Under the pieces are notes generated by a model. It saw nothing but the letters and a program-made list of their open reading frames with translations, did no database searches and was not told the DNA's origin. A stretch of DNA of 64,000 nt from Nitrospinales bacterium (GTDB taxonomy: Bacteria; Nitrospinota; Nitrospinia; Nitrospinales; VA-1): positions 1,248,001 to 1,312,000 of the forward strand of contig OZ253496.1 in NCBI GenBank assembly GCA_965262115.1. Direction: 5' to 3'. Every line of letters begins with the position of its first letter. Position 1 is the stretch's first letter. This document shows positions 52,740 to 62,100 of the stretch, one piece after another. A program made the position numbers and the translations under genes.

Positions 52740-54501
52740 TTGAGAGGCCATGGGTAAATTTCCAGTCAATCGGGCGGGTGAGATCCAGGCTGCCAAACTG
52801 AGTCTCAAGGTTTTTAGCGCATTCTTGCAGCAAGTCCTGTAAACACTTCTTATCCGAGTCCGTCCAAGCCATGGGAGCCTGTAGCAATTCCTGTTCGAAG
52901 GCCGCGAAGAGGTCTTCATTGCACAGCTTTGCCTCTTCCTGGAAAATGCCCGGTAGAAAGATCATTTCCAGAAAACTCTTTGCCGCCGCATCAGCAATCG
53001 GCTCACAGGATAACCGACTGAATAAAATGTACTGCGCCAAGGCTGTGGTCACCAAAGTTAACAGGTTTGAGGATTCACGGGGTTCCGAGCCATCACCGTG
53101 TAAAGACGAAAATGCTGATTCGCTCAATCCTAATCCCTGCCGGGCAAAGCGGCTGTAAAATTTCCATCGGGCTAAAAAGTCATTAACGGCCTTAACATCT
53201 TTCATGGATTTCAGATCCCGCCAATTGAAAGAATCCTCGTTTTTTTCCGCGACCTGAGGAAAACGAAAAACCAAAGCACCCAGCCTTTCCTTGTCCCCCG
53301 CTGAAATAAAATGTTCAATATAGGAACCATTTTCGTTAATGAAAGAACTTGCCAGAGACTGAACCTGTCTTAATTGTTCATAGCCCACTTGAAAAAACGA
53401 CTGCATCCAAACCTGATCCAGCAAGGCCGCTCCCTTTTTCAGGTCGTTTTCTGCCCCCAACTCCAGACCTATATTTATATACCCCAGTGTTTTTCTAAGA
53501 GCCCGCTGGCGGACATCCTTGGATGACAGCTCCAGCCTATCGGCAACAATAACTTTGTTGGCCAGGCAAACCAGTTCCCAACGCAGGGTTTCAAGGCGGC
53601 TTTCGTTTTCCAGAATGGCCAGGCATTGAGTGAAAAAAAGAGTCTCATCTAACTGAGCCAGGGGATATCGGGGAGAAAGTTTGAACGGGCTCGAGGGGAG
53701 TTCTTCCAGTGAAGGCAGTTTTAACTTTAAAGTTTCCGGATCCAAACGGCTGTATATACCCACCGCATCCTGAAATTCAGGGATGCCTCTTTCGGCGGTT
53801 CGGTTCACTCTCCAGTTATAGGCCTGCTCCACTGTAAGAGTAACGGGATACCAAATCACCGCTTCCAGCAGGTTATAAAAAAGCTTTTGATCCTTTTCAT
53901 GAAGCAAAAGCAGAAGTTTTCTGATTTCTTTACTGTTCTCAACTTTGAAAAAAATATCATAAACTCCATCGGGGGTAAAATGTTCAAGTCCCTCCACCCC
54001 TTCGTAGGAATCCGTCATTTCATCCTTCTTATAGACTTTAAAAAAGGCTTGAAGGAGCATCACCTTTTGGTCAAAATCCTCCCCATAAAACCATTCCAGG
54101 GTTTCAGGGTCATGGCATTGATCCAGCAAAACGATCCACTCCAAAGCCCGCTTGGGTTGGAACTTGTCTCCCTGCCACCATTCCACATCAAAAACATATT
54201 GCAGTTGGTCCGGCGAAAACATGGATATCACCAGAAGGGAATCCTCTTTACCCACTTCCTTAATCAAATTATAGACCTCCTCCACAGGAAGGGACTGAGT
54301 CACCTCGACCGCTTTTTCGGAAAGCATGAGGAGTTTCTGTTGCAGATGTGGGTCAAGTCCAAGAATACATCGCGCCTGTTCTTCCACCGACAGTCCGGAC
54401 AAAATATCTTCCACCTTGCGTGGCTGGGTTTTCACCCAATCCACGGGAAAAGACAGGTCTCCCCCTATATATGAATTTTCTCTATCAATTTTATCGATCA
54501 T
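52705..54501 (-). CDS. Large conserved hypothetical protein (DUF6178-like)
   Basis: EEVYNLIKEVGKEDS, QLQYVFDVEWW, FTPDG, YINIGLE, FFQVG motifs recalled from this family. Confidence 0.7.
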   Translation of the reverse strand: MIDKIDRENSYIGGDLSFPVDWVKTQPRKVEDILSGLSVEEQARCILGLDPHLQQKLLMLSEKAVEVTQSLPVEEVYNLIKEVGKEDSLLVISMFSPDQLQYVFDVEWWQGDKFQPKRALEWIVLLDQCHDPETLEWFYGEDFDQKVMLLQAFFKVYKKDEMTDSYEGVEGLEHFTPDGVYDIFFKVENSKEIRKLLLLLHEKDQKLFYNLLEAVIWYPVTLTVEQAYNWRVNRTAERGIPEFQDAVGIYSRLDPETLKLKLPSLEELPSSPFKLSPRYPLAQLDETLFFTQCLAILENESRLETLRWELVCLANKVIVADRLELSSKDVRQRALRKTLGYINIGLELGAENDLKKGAALLDQVWMQSFFQVGYEQLRQVQSLASSFINENGSYIEHFISAGDKERLGALVFRFPQVAEKNEDSFNWRDLKSMKDVKAVNDFLARWKFYSRFARQGLGLSESAFSSLHGDGSEPRESSNLLTLVTTALAQYILFSRLSCEPIADAAAKSFLEMIFLPGIFQEEAKLCNEDLFAAFEQELLQAPMAWTDSDKKCLQDLLQECAKNLETQFGSLDLTRPIDWKFTHGLSTTRHTPPGHEG

Positions 54502-54532
54502 GATTATGAAATTAGAAAAACATAACAACGCT

Positions 54533-55312
54533 TCATGGACGCAACATGATGGTTGTAAGGATTCTTCCTGTCTCTCCCTCGCGTCGATAGGAATACAGGT
54601 TTCGGGTGGAACAACAAGTGCAATGATCCATCGAAGAAATATTTTCCGGGAGAAGGCCGGCTTTTTCACCTTCCATTTTATTCACCGCGATCAAGTCCAG
54701 AAAGTATTTACCAGACGGGCCGCGCCGTAACCACCCCTTGTCATCAGGAAATAATTCTTTAAAAGGTTGAACACAGTCCTCACCCACCTCATAACAACAC
54801 CCTCCAATTGCAGGCCCAAACCCCACTACCAGCTCTGCGGGACGACATCCATACACCCGACCCATCTCCCCAATCACCTTAAAAAGAAGGCTTTTCTCGG
54901 ACCCTCTTCTTCCGGCATGAATGGCCCCAATCACTTTTAATCGCGGATCATAAACTAAAATGGGAAGACAATCTGCTGTAAAAATTCCGATAGGCCTTCC
55001 AGGAATTTGAGTCAACAAGGCGTCGGCAGAAATTTTTCCGGCCTCACTAAACGCAAGACCTGGATCATCCAAAACAAAAATATTATCACTATGAATCTGA
55101 TTGACCAAAAACAGGCTGCGGTTTTCTATCCCTATCGATTCTAAAAACCATTTCACATGTTCTCTTGCTTTTCCAGATTCACTATTGTTCCGGAAAGAAA
55201 ATTCTTCAATTTCACCCTGTTCATTTTCGAAGCAACGAGGACTGACGGCATGGACCAATTCCGGAAATGTTTCAAATTGACCAAATTTTAACTTTTCGAG
55301 CAAAATACTCAT
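54533..55312 (-). CDS. pgeF: Peptidoglycan editing factor / laccase-like YfiH
   Basis: NQIHS, ADAL, TADCLPIL, IHAG, GPAIGGCCYEVG, CTCC, YSYRRE. Confidence 0.92.
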   Translation of the reverse strand: MSILLEKLKFGQFETFPELVHAVSPRCFENEQGEIEEFSFRNNSESGKAREHVKWFLESIGIENRSLFLVNQIHSDNIFVLDDPGLAFSEAGKISADALLTQIPGRPIGIFTADCLPILVYDPRLKVIGAIHAGRRGSEKSLLFKVIGEMGRVYGCRPAELVVGFGPAIGGCCYEVGEDCVQPFKELFPDDKGWLRRGPSGKYFLDLIAVNKMEGEKAGLLPENISSMDHCTCCSTRNLYSYRREGETGRILTTIMLRP

Positions 55313-55548
55313 AAAAAAATTTATTTTTTTCCAACCCATTTAAAACACTCAGAAAACAAATTCAGTATACTCGTAAAAAATTAAAAAAACCAAGCAAGGT
55401 GTTTCCCCCTTTTTTTGTGCAGGTTTCATCGGGTCACATAAAAATAGAACATTGGGTCACATAAAAATAGAACATTGACATATCGTATTCATAATTTTCG
55501 CTGCAACTGAATGCCCCCTCTAAAGCATTAATTTTTCTTAATATTCGC

Positions 55549-55576
55549 TTGACATCAAACGCTTATGTCATAAGAT
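55549..55576 (+). promoter_or_regulatory. Candidate sigma-70 promoter of the H1-like gene
   Basis: TTGACA-16 nt-TAAGAT. Confidence 0.5.
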
Positions 55577-55634
55577 GATAAACAGTATTTGGGCGCTGAA
55601 ACGAATACCGATTGACGTATGAAAGGAGATCTTG

Positions 55635-55859
55635 ATGGCAACTAAGAAAAAAGCTCCAAAAAGAAAAGCCGCTAAGAAAAAAGCTCCAAAAAGAAAAGCC
55701 GCTAAGAAAAAAGCTAAAAAGAAAGCTCCAAAAAGAAAAGTAGCTAAGCAAAAAGCTAAAAAGAAAGCTCCAAAAAGAAAAGTAGCTAAGAAAAAAGCTA
55801 AAAAGAAAGCTCCAAAAAGAAAAGTAGCTAAGAAAAAAGCTAAAGCTAGAAAAAGATAA
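55635..55859 (+). CDS. Histone H1-like Lys/Ala-rich small protein
   Basis: AAGGAG RBS; five KKAPKRK(A/V)AK repeats encoded by near-perfect DNA repeats. Confidence 0.8.
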   Translation: MATKKKAPKRKAAKKKAPKRKAAKKKAKKKAPKRKVAKQKAKKKAPKRKVAKKKAKKKAPKRKVAKKKAKARKR

Positions 55860-55999
55860 TCAAGATGGTTTGATTTTCTTCTCAGCTAAAGCTGGTTTTA
55901 ACAGAAGCACTCTCAATTCAATTTCTAACGTATTAACCCATATCGTTTCAGCGCCCAACCAATACCGCTCGCCCACACAACCATTTGTTATTCCTGCCC

Positions 56000-57196
56000 T
56001 TATGGGCCTACCTTGAGATAGGCCGACTTTAGATAAAAAGCTTCGGCAAACGTTACCGGATGATCCAAAGCATGCCCCGTTCTAGCGATCTCTTCATATT
56101 TTATTCCTGCAGAACCAATTCCACGATAGACCGCATCATAAAAGTCGTTTTCTGGCACATGCGCCGAACAAGAAGCGGCAAATAGTATCCCCGATGCAAC
56201 CTCTGCACCCGCTTTAGCCAATTTTGCATAAGCCACTAAAGCCTGGGCTTTATGTTTCTTATTTCTGGCAAACGCAGGCGGATCCAAAATAACCAAGTCA
56301 AAAAACTGCTTTTCGGATTTTAACCCAGCCAGTATTTGGAAGGCGTCGCCCTCCTTTTGAGAAAAATTTTGAGATGGAAATGATTTTCCAGGGAAATTCA
56401 ATTCCAAGTTTCGCAATGATGTCTCCAATGCAAATGGATTACTGTCCACCTCCACCACCGACCTGCACCCGCCAGCCAAAGCGTATACCGAGAATCCCCC
56501 CGAATAACTGAAAACATTCAATACAGATCGGTCTTTAGCCATTTCCCGTATTTTTAACCGATTGTCCCTCTGGTCCAGAAAAAAGCCGGTTTTCTGCCCC
56601 TCAACAACATCCACCAAAAACTTCAGCCTATTTTCCTTGAATTGCACCCAGCTTGAGTTCCCGTCTCCAACTAAGATCTGTCCGTCCCGGTAAGCTGAGT
56701 GGACCCCAAATGATTTGCTAATGTTACGGGCTAATCGCAAAACCACCTGCCGACTTTTGAATTCCTTCTGAAATAATTCACAGAGTTCATCCAGAAACGG
56801 AAACCAACTTGCGGTGTACAGTTTCAGAACCAGGGTGTCCTCATAACGATCCAACACAAGCCCGGGAAGCCCGTCATTTTCACCGTTAATGACGCGATAA
56901 CCCGTTGTGCCCTGATGTTCCAGCTCCTCCCTGATTATTTTTGCGGACTGCAGACGCTCCAGAAAAAAGCCCGTATTGATTTCCCTTGGTTTTCCCAGGT
57001 TCAACACTCTAAAACAAAGATCAGCATCCGGGTCCCACAAACCCAGAGCCAAAAAACGGTTATTGTGATCGTAGATCACTCCCAGGTTTTCTGGCTGACT
57101 TTCAAGAATGCGGTTTTGAACCTGGTATTTGAAAACCCAGGGATACCCCTTGCGGATTTTGCCTTGTAGTGTTTTGGATATCTGGATCTTAATCAT
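56000..57196 (-). CDS. RlmI-family class I SAM-dependent rRNA methyltransferase
   Basis: PUA-like GYPWVF, GQKTGFFLDQR, LNVFSYSGGF, ILDPPAF, ASCS. Confidence 0.9.
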   Translation of the reverse strand: MIKIQISKTLQGKIRKGYPWVFKYQVQNRILESQPENLGVIYDHNNRFLALGLWDPDADLCFRVLNLGKPREINTGFFLERLQSAKIIREELEHQGTTGYRVINGENDGLPGLVLDRYEDTLVLKLYTASWFPFLDELCELFQKEFKSRQVVLRLARNISKSFGVHSAYRDGQILVGDGNSSWVQFKENRLKFLVDVVEGQKTGFFLDQRDNRLKIREMAKDRSVLNVFSYSGGFSVYALAGGCRSVVEVDSNPFALETSLRNLELNFPGKSFPSQNFSQKEGDAFQILAGLKSEKQFFDLVILDPPAFARNKKHKAQALVAYAKLAKAGAEVASGILFAASCSAHVPENDFYDAVYRGIGSAGIKYEEIARTGHALDHPVTFAEAFYLKSAYLKVGP

Positions 57197-57905
57197 TTAA
57201 TGGGCAATTCGCATGTGTGGCAGAGTATCGAGAATCTTGATTTGTCGGGCCTGCACATGTTTTGGGGTGGGTCTTTGCGTCCAATGCCGGGGATTGGGTA
57301 AGACAGCCGCCATCCATGCCGACTCAACCGGCGAAAGAAGTTTTGACGAATGCCGGAAATAGGTCTGGGCCGCCTGCTCGCAACCAAAGATACCATCTCC
57401 CCATTCAATCACATTCAAATAGACTTCCAGAATCCTCTGTTTGCTCCAAAAAAATTCAATCAGTACGGTAAAATAACTTTCCAGCAACTTGCGAAACTAG
57501 GTTCGGGTTTGCCACAGGAATACATTGCGAGCGGTTTGCATGGAAATCGTACTGGCTCCCACCCTCCGGTCTGTCGTGAGGTTTGTCGTGATTGCATGCT
57601 CGATGGCCAGCCAGTCAAACCCATGATGGGCGAAAAATTTCTGGTCCTCAGCAGCTAAGACCGCCTTCATAATATTCGGGGAAATTTTTTCAATGGACCT
57701 CCATGAATTCAGATATAGAGGAAGATTCTGCCCACTTTCCACCCAGCGAATCAACATCAGAGGTGTTGTGGGCGGGTTCACAAATCTGTATAGCAGGACA
57801 GGGGCAATTGTAAGAGCGACAAAACACAACAAAAGGTCAAAAACAATTTTCCAGACACGAATGCGGATGGGCTTTTTGCCCTTACCTGACTTTCTTTTTT
57901 TTCAC
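57197..57905 (-). pseudogene. mtgA: Monofunctional peptidoglycan transglycosylase with two lesions
   Basis: AEDQKF, GASTISMQTARN, YLNVIEWG, LPNP; in-frame TAG at 57497-57499 (TRT*FRK); the RBS-preceded GTG at 57905 is shifted by an A8 tract. Confidence 0.85.
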
Positions 57906-58031
57906 AGGTATCCCTCCCCACTAAGCGTGGAACCAATGCGCAATAGCTTGAATTGGCTGGCAAAAATGCTGGCGGCTGTAGTATCCCCTTCACTTGCCAT
58001 CATGCCCCGTAGGAGTGGTACTGGCTAGTGG

Positions 58032-59123
58032 TTAGCTTTCCTTTATCACAGAGCTATAGAGCTTAACAGTTTTTTGGAAGGACTGGTAATGCTGGGGAGG
58101 GATATTTCGGGTATAGCTTTTATGGTGCTTGAAGGTGAAAGGATTATAGATGGTTTTTTTATTTTTCCGGTTCTGAATCTCATAATGCAGGTGGGGCGCG
58201 AAGGTTCTTCCGGTGTTTCCCGATTCAGCGATCTGCTGGCCCGCCTGGATAGTCTGGCCCCGTTTCACTTTGACCCGGCTCAAGTGGAGGTAGAGAGTTT
58301 TTATTCCCAATTTAGGGTGATCGATTTCAACACAATAACCGTTGGCCCGCACATTCCAGTTGGCCCGCGTGACCTTTCCAGCAAATCCTGAATAAATGGG
58401 CGTCCCCACCTTGGCTTTAAAATCTGTCCCGGAATGCCCTCCTACCCCTTTGCGAAAATCGCCAGGCAGGGAAGTGATTTCAATATAATGCCGGATGGGG
58501 CTCTGGGCTTCGACAATACGTTGGGCAATCTCTTTTCCTTCACTGTCAAAATAGCCTCCATTGCCCTGGTCGAACTCATCAAAATAATAGGCCTCAAATG
58601 TTTTGCCAAATAACTGACTCTTATAGGAAAGTTTGAGAATTTTAAACTGCTCGGGTCCTTCCAGTTGCTGGTACACCACATCGATAGAGTCGCCGTTTCT
58701 CATGCTTTTTTTGATGTCCATGAACCACACCATGAGACGCCCGAGGTGTGCGGAAAGCGCGGCGCAGCCATTTTCCCGGGTTATCATTCTGCACACGGTA
58801 AAGTTCAGGGAATTCCGGATTTTAAAATTCAGCGAGTGGATAGCTTCGCTCTCAAGAGCCCTCTCGGATGGAACCGTGAATGACACGGGCTTGATAGTAG
58901 CAGGTTGAGGCACTTCCAATACCTCGGACGGTTTGACAGAGATTTGCGATACTATCCCGGTATCCTGCGGCAAAGACGCAACCGCAACATTATTTTGCTG
59001 GTCAAAAAAGAGGAGAAAAATATTCAGTCCCACCGAAACAATGAAGAGAAAAACAAATCCAAAGCGAAATTTATTTTTCCTTTGGATGTGCTGGTCAGAA
59101 AGCGAGGAGGTAGGAATGTGCAT
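58032..59123 (-). CDS. M23 family metallopeptidase
   Basis: HSGTDF, YLHLS, SGNTG...PHLHYE; N-terminal TM. Confidence 0.92.
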   Translation of the reverse strand: MHIPTSSLSDQHIQRKNKFRFGFVFLFIVSVGLNIFLLFFDQQNNVAVASLPQDTGIVSQISVKPSEVLEVPQPATIKPVSFTVPSERALESEAIHSLNFKIRNSLNFTVCRMITRENGCAALSAHLGRLMVWFMDIKKSMRNGDSIDVVYQQLEGPEQFKILKLSYKSQLFGKTFEAYYFDEFDQGNGGYFDSEGKEIAQRIVEAQSPIRHYIEITSLPGDFRKGVGGHSGTDFKAKVGTPIYSGFAGKVTRANWNVRANGYCVEIDHPKLGIKTLYLHLSRVKVKRGQTIQAGQQIAESGNTGRTFAPHLHYEIQNRKNKKTIYNPFTFKHHKSYTRNIPPQHYQSFQKTVKLYSSVIKES

Positions 59124-59231
59124 TTTCTTTCCTTCAGTTAAATGATAAAGTGATTCACAAAATTATCTCGTGGCCCCCCTCTACGGCGAGTAGCCGGGTC
59201 GGCCTCAAAACCTGCCTCATTATATAAAGCA

Positions 59232-60359
59232 ATGCCAATAAATACAATAGGCTCCACCCTCATCCCCAAAGAATACCAGCCCGATATTCTGTTCCTGGAA
59301 GACGGGGTGAGCGAGTATCCTCTGGTGCAAGAAATCCTCTCGCGGCTCCCCGGAGTTCCCCTGCAAACGTTTCAGGATATTTCTCTTCTCACGGAACAGA
59401 TGAAATCTTCACAGTACGATGTGTTTGGGGAAGGAAAAAAGCATTTGGCGTTATGCCGTTTTAAGGGTTCGTTCCTGAAGAAGTGTCCGGGTATCAGCCC
59501 GGGTATGGTGTGTTGCAATTATTATATTGTGAACTTATCGAAAAACTGCATTTACGATTGTTCTTATTGTTTCCTACAGGATTTTTTAGGCAACAACCCC
59601 ATGCAGGTGGTCTATGTTAATGTTGAAGACCTGCTTGGCGAGTTGGAAGAAGTGTTCACACAATATCCGGATCGCAATTTTCGGGTTGGGACGGGAGAAT
59701 TGACCGACAGCCTGGCCCTGGATACCATTGTCCCCTACACCGCCACCCTACTCCCCTTTTTCAACCGGCAGTCGAACGCCGTGCTGGAGTTAAAAACTAA
59801 GTCAGACCAGATTGCGAATCTATTGAACCATCCCGATCCTACAAATATTATTGTATCTTGGTCACTGAATCCACAAACCATCATTGATCAGGAGGAAAAG
59901 GGGACACCGGGGCTAGCCCAGCGGCTTGAATCTGCCCGAGCATGTCTGGATAAAGGTTACCGCATCGGATTTCATTTTGATCCAATCATTTTGATACCCG
60001 GTTGGGAGGAGGCCTACCGAGAGCTTGTCAATATTTTATGCGATACCCTACCTATCGATAAGGTGGCGTGGGTGAGCCTGGGAAGCTTTCGATATCGCCC
60101 TAGTCTGAAATTGATCATCAAAAACCGCCATCCGGAAACCCGCTTGTTCACCAGCGAACACCTGCCCAGCAAGGATGGCAAGTTCCGCTACCTTCGCCCC
60201 TTAAGGAACCAAGCCTACGAAACCATTCGCGGATATCTTATGTCCCGCTCGCAAGAATTAAACATTTATCTTTGTATGGAGACCCGGGAAATCTGGGAAG
60301 GCGTAACGGGAAAAACGCCAAGGAGTGATAAAAAACTGGATCAGTTTTTTGACCTTTGA
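59232..60359 (+). CDS. Spore photoproduct lyase-family radical SAM protein
   Basis: CIYDCSYCFLQ, GELTDSL, ELKTKS, WSLNP, HFDP, YLCME. Confidence 0.88.
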   Translation: MPINTIGSTLIPKEYQPDILFLEDGVSEYPLVQEILSRLPGVPLQTFQDISLLTEQMKSSQYDVFGEGKKHLALCRFKGSFLKKCPGISPGMVCCNYYIVNLSKNCIYDCSYCFLQDFLGNNPMQVVYVNVEDLLGELEEVFTQYPDRNFRVGTGELTDSLALDTIVPYTATLLPFFNRQSNAVLELKTKSDQIANLLNHPDPTNIIVSWSLNPQTIIDQEEKGTPGLAQRLESARACLDKGYRIGFHFDPIILIPGWEEAYRELVNILCDTLPIDKVAWVSLGSFRYRPSLKLIIKNRHPETRLFTSEHLPSKDGKFRYLRPLRNQAYETIRGYLMSRSQELNIYLCMETREIWEGVTGKTPRSDKKLDQFFDL

Positions 60360-60368
60360 CCGAAAATC

Positions 60369-61475
60369 TTAGAGACGCATGGGCATGACGATGCTCTTAT
60401 ACTGGTCGTCATCCGTCACCGTAAACAGGCAGGAGTGATTTTGATCTTTTAGATTAAGCGTCACCGAATCCCCCTCAATAACATTGAGGATATTCAGAAC
60501 ATATTTTGCGTTAAGCCCGATAGAGACCTCTTCACCCTCATACTCAAGGGACATTTCCTCATGGGCATCTCCCAGATCCGTATTGTCTGAAATCAGGCTC
60601 AGGCTGCCTTTCTTGATTTCAAACCGAACCATTTTGGATTTTTCATCCGCCAGCAGAGCCACACGTTTCAACGCATGGGTCAGACCATCCCTATCAGCTT
60701 TGGCTTTCAAATTATTGTCTGACGGAACCACTTGCCGGTAATTAGGAAATTTTCCGTCTATTTTTCGGGACACAATCACATGCTTGCCGCAAATAAAAGC
60801 CAAGTGATTATCCTGGGAAGAAAACCCAAACGTTGCATCTTCGTCTTCCATCAGTTTCATCAATTCAGATAACGCTTTCTTGGGCAAAAGAAAACTCAAG
60901 ACCTCCCCTTTTGCCGCGTTTGATTTGACCGGTCGTGAAATCATCGCCAACCGGTGCCCATCCGTACCCACCAGACTCACGCTGTCTCCTTCCGCTTCCA
61001 GCAATAAACCGTTCAACGCCTGCCGGGTCTCATCGGGAGAAACCGAGAAAAAGGTTTTGCGAATCATTTCCTGCAAAATTTTGCTGTCAAATTCCAACAG
61101 TGGTTTTTCGCTGTATTCGGGCAAAGGAGGAAAATCATCAGGGGGAAGCCCAGGCAAACGGAATTTGGACTTTCCACACTTTAAAGTGATCCAGTTATTT
61201 TCTTCTTTTTTCAGATAGATTTCTTCATCCGGGAGTTCCCGGACAATGTCAAAAAGTTTTCTGGCATTGAGCGTCACAGCACCGGGCGCAGTCACATTCG
61301 CAGGGTAATGGCCCAAGGTCCCGATTTCCAAATCCGTGGCACGAATGCAGATGGTGTCTTTATCAGCGGAAAGATGCAGGTGGGAAAGAATGGGCATCGC
61401 CCCTTTGGGTTCCACGATTCCCTGAACTTTGTGCACCCCGTTCAGCAGGACGTCCCGACTTATTCTGACTTCCAT
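60369..61475 (-). CDS. dnaN: DNA polymerase III beta clamp
   Basis: ATDLE, GTDGHRLA, IDGKFPNY, C-terminal VMPMRL. Confidence 0.97.
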   Translation of the reverse strand: MEVRISRDVLLNGVHKVQGIVEPKGAMPILSHLHLSADKDTICIRATDLEIGTLGHYPANVTAPGAVTLNARKLFDIVRELPDEEIYLKKEENNWITLKCGKSKFRLPGLPPDDFPPLPEYSEKPLLEFDSKILQEMIRKTFFSVSPDETRQALNGLLLEAEGDSVSLVGTDGHRLAMISRPVKSNAAKGEVLSFLLPKKALSELMKLMEDEDATFGFSSQDNHLAFICGKHVIVSRKIDGKFPNYRQVVPSDNNLKAKADRDGLTHALKRVALLADEKSKMVRFEIKKGSLSLISDNTDLGDAHEEMSLEYEGEEVSIGLNAKYVLNILNVIEGDSVTLNLKDQNHSCLFTVTDDDQYKSIVMPMRL

Positions 61476-61794
61476 AAAACTCCTTCAAAGTAGGTAAAAG
61501 CCGGTTTTCAGGCTTGAAGATTTTTAGCACAATTGCAAAAACCTGTCAAAGAGAAATGACGATTCCACAAAGCCACATACCTTGCAAAGAAAATCGCTAT
61601 AAAAACTCTTCACTTAAAGTATTTTTTTAGTCATCTGCATACGCCCCAAAAGCTGGAATACATTGAAAAAATGAACCATAATTCGAAAAAATTTTTATGG
61701 TGGAAATAGCATATAAATGTAGCTTTTTAAATGTTCATAAAATTGCTGTATTAACAAAATATCCAAAAAGTTATTTATCTTTTCGGAGGTATTT

Positions 61795-62025
61795 ATGAAA
61801 GCCGAGCAAAGATGCTGGTCTCGAAACGAAGGTTGGTCTGGCAACATGACCTCAGGGAATTTAAAAGACGCCCAACTTGTACTGCTCTTTGGCCATACAA
61901 AATTTTAATGTGAAGGACGATTTGAAAAATTATGCAAAGGAATTGGAGAGCAGCAACAACGACTTAAAAGATTTCGCCCACATCGCCTCGCACGATTTGC
62001 AAGAGCCCTTGAGAAAAATATCCGA
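61795..62025 (+). pseudogene. Remnant: FIST-like N-terminus joined to a histidine kinase H-box fragment
   Basis: GGAGGT RBS, MKAEQRCWSRNEGW...AQLVLLFG (stop 61908); then ELESSNNDLKDFAHIASHDLQEPLRKI in another frame. Confidence 0.6.
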
Positions 62026-62100
62026 CTGGGACAAGGAAGCGAATTCATCGTCACTCTTCCCAAGCGGCAGTCTGCCCTTCATTAAAGTTGTGTGCAGCGG

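Noticed and set aside
55589..55961. tmRNA or tRNA-like gene (GGGCGCT...AGCGCCCAACCA)
   Set aside because: No T-arm (GTTCRA) before the 3' end and no tag-peptide-like frame; kept only as an unexplained long-range stem
57497..57499. Amber recoding (pyrrolysine) in mtgA
   Set aside because: The position fits TGG>TAG, the gene has a second lesion, and TAG is a normal stop elsewhere in the window
61476..61800. oriC upstream of dnaN
   Set aside because: AT-rich, but I found no cluster of TTATCCACA-type DnaA boxes
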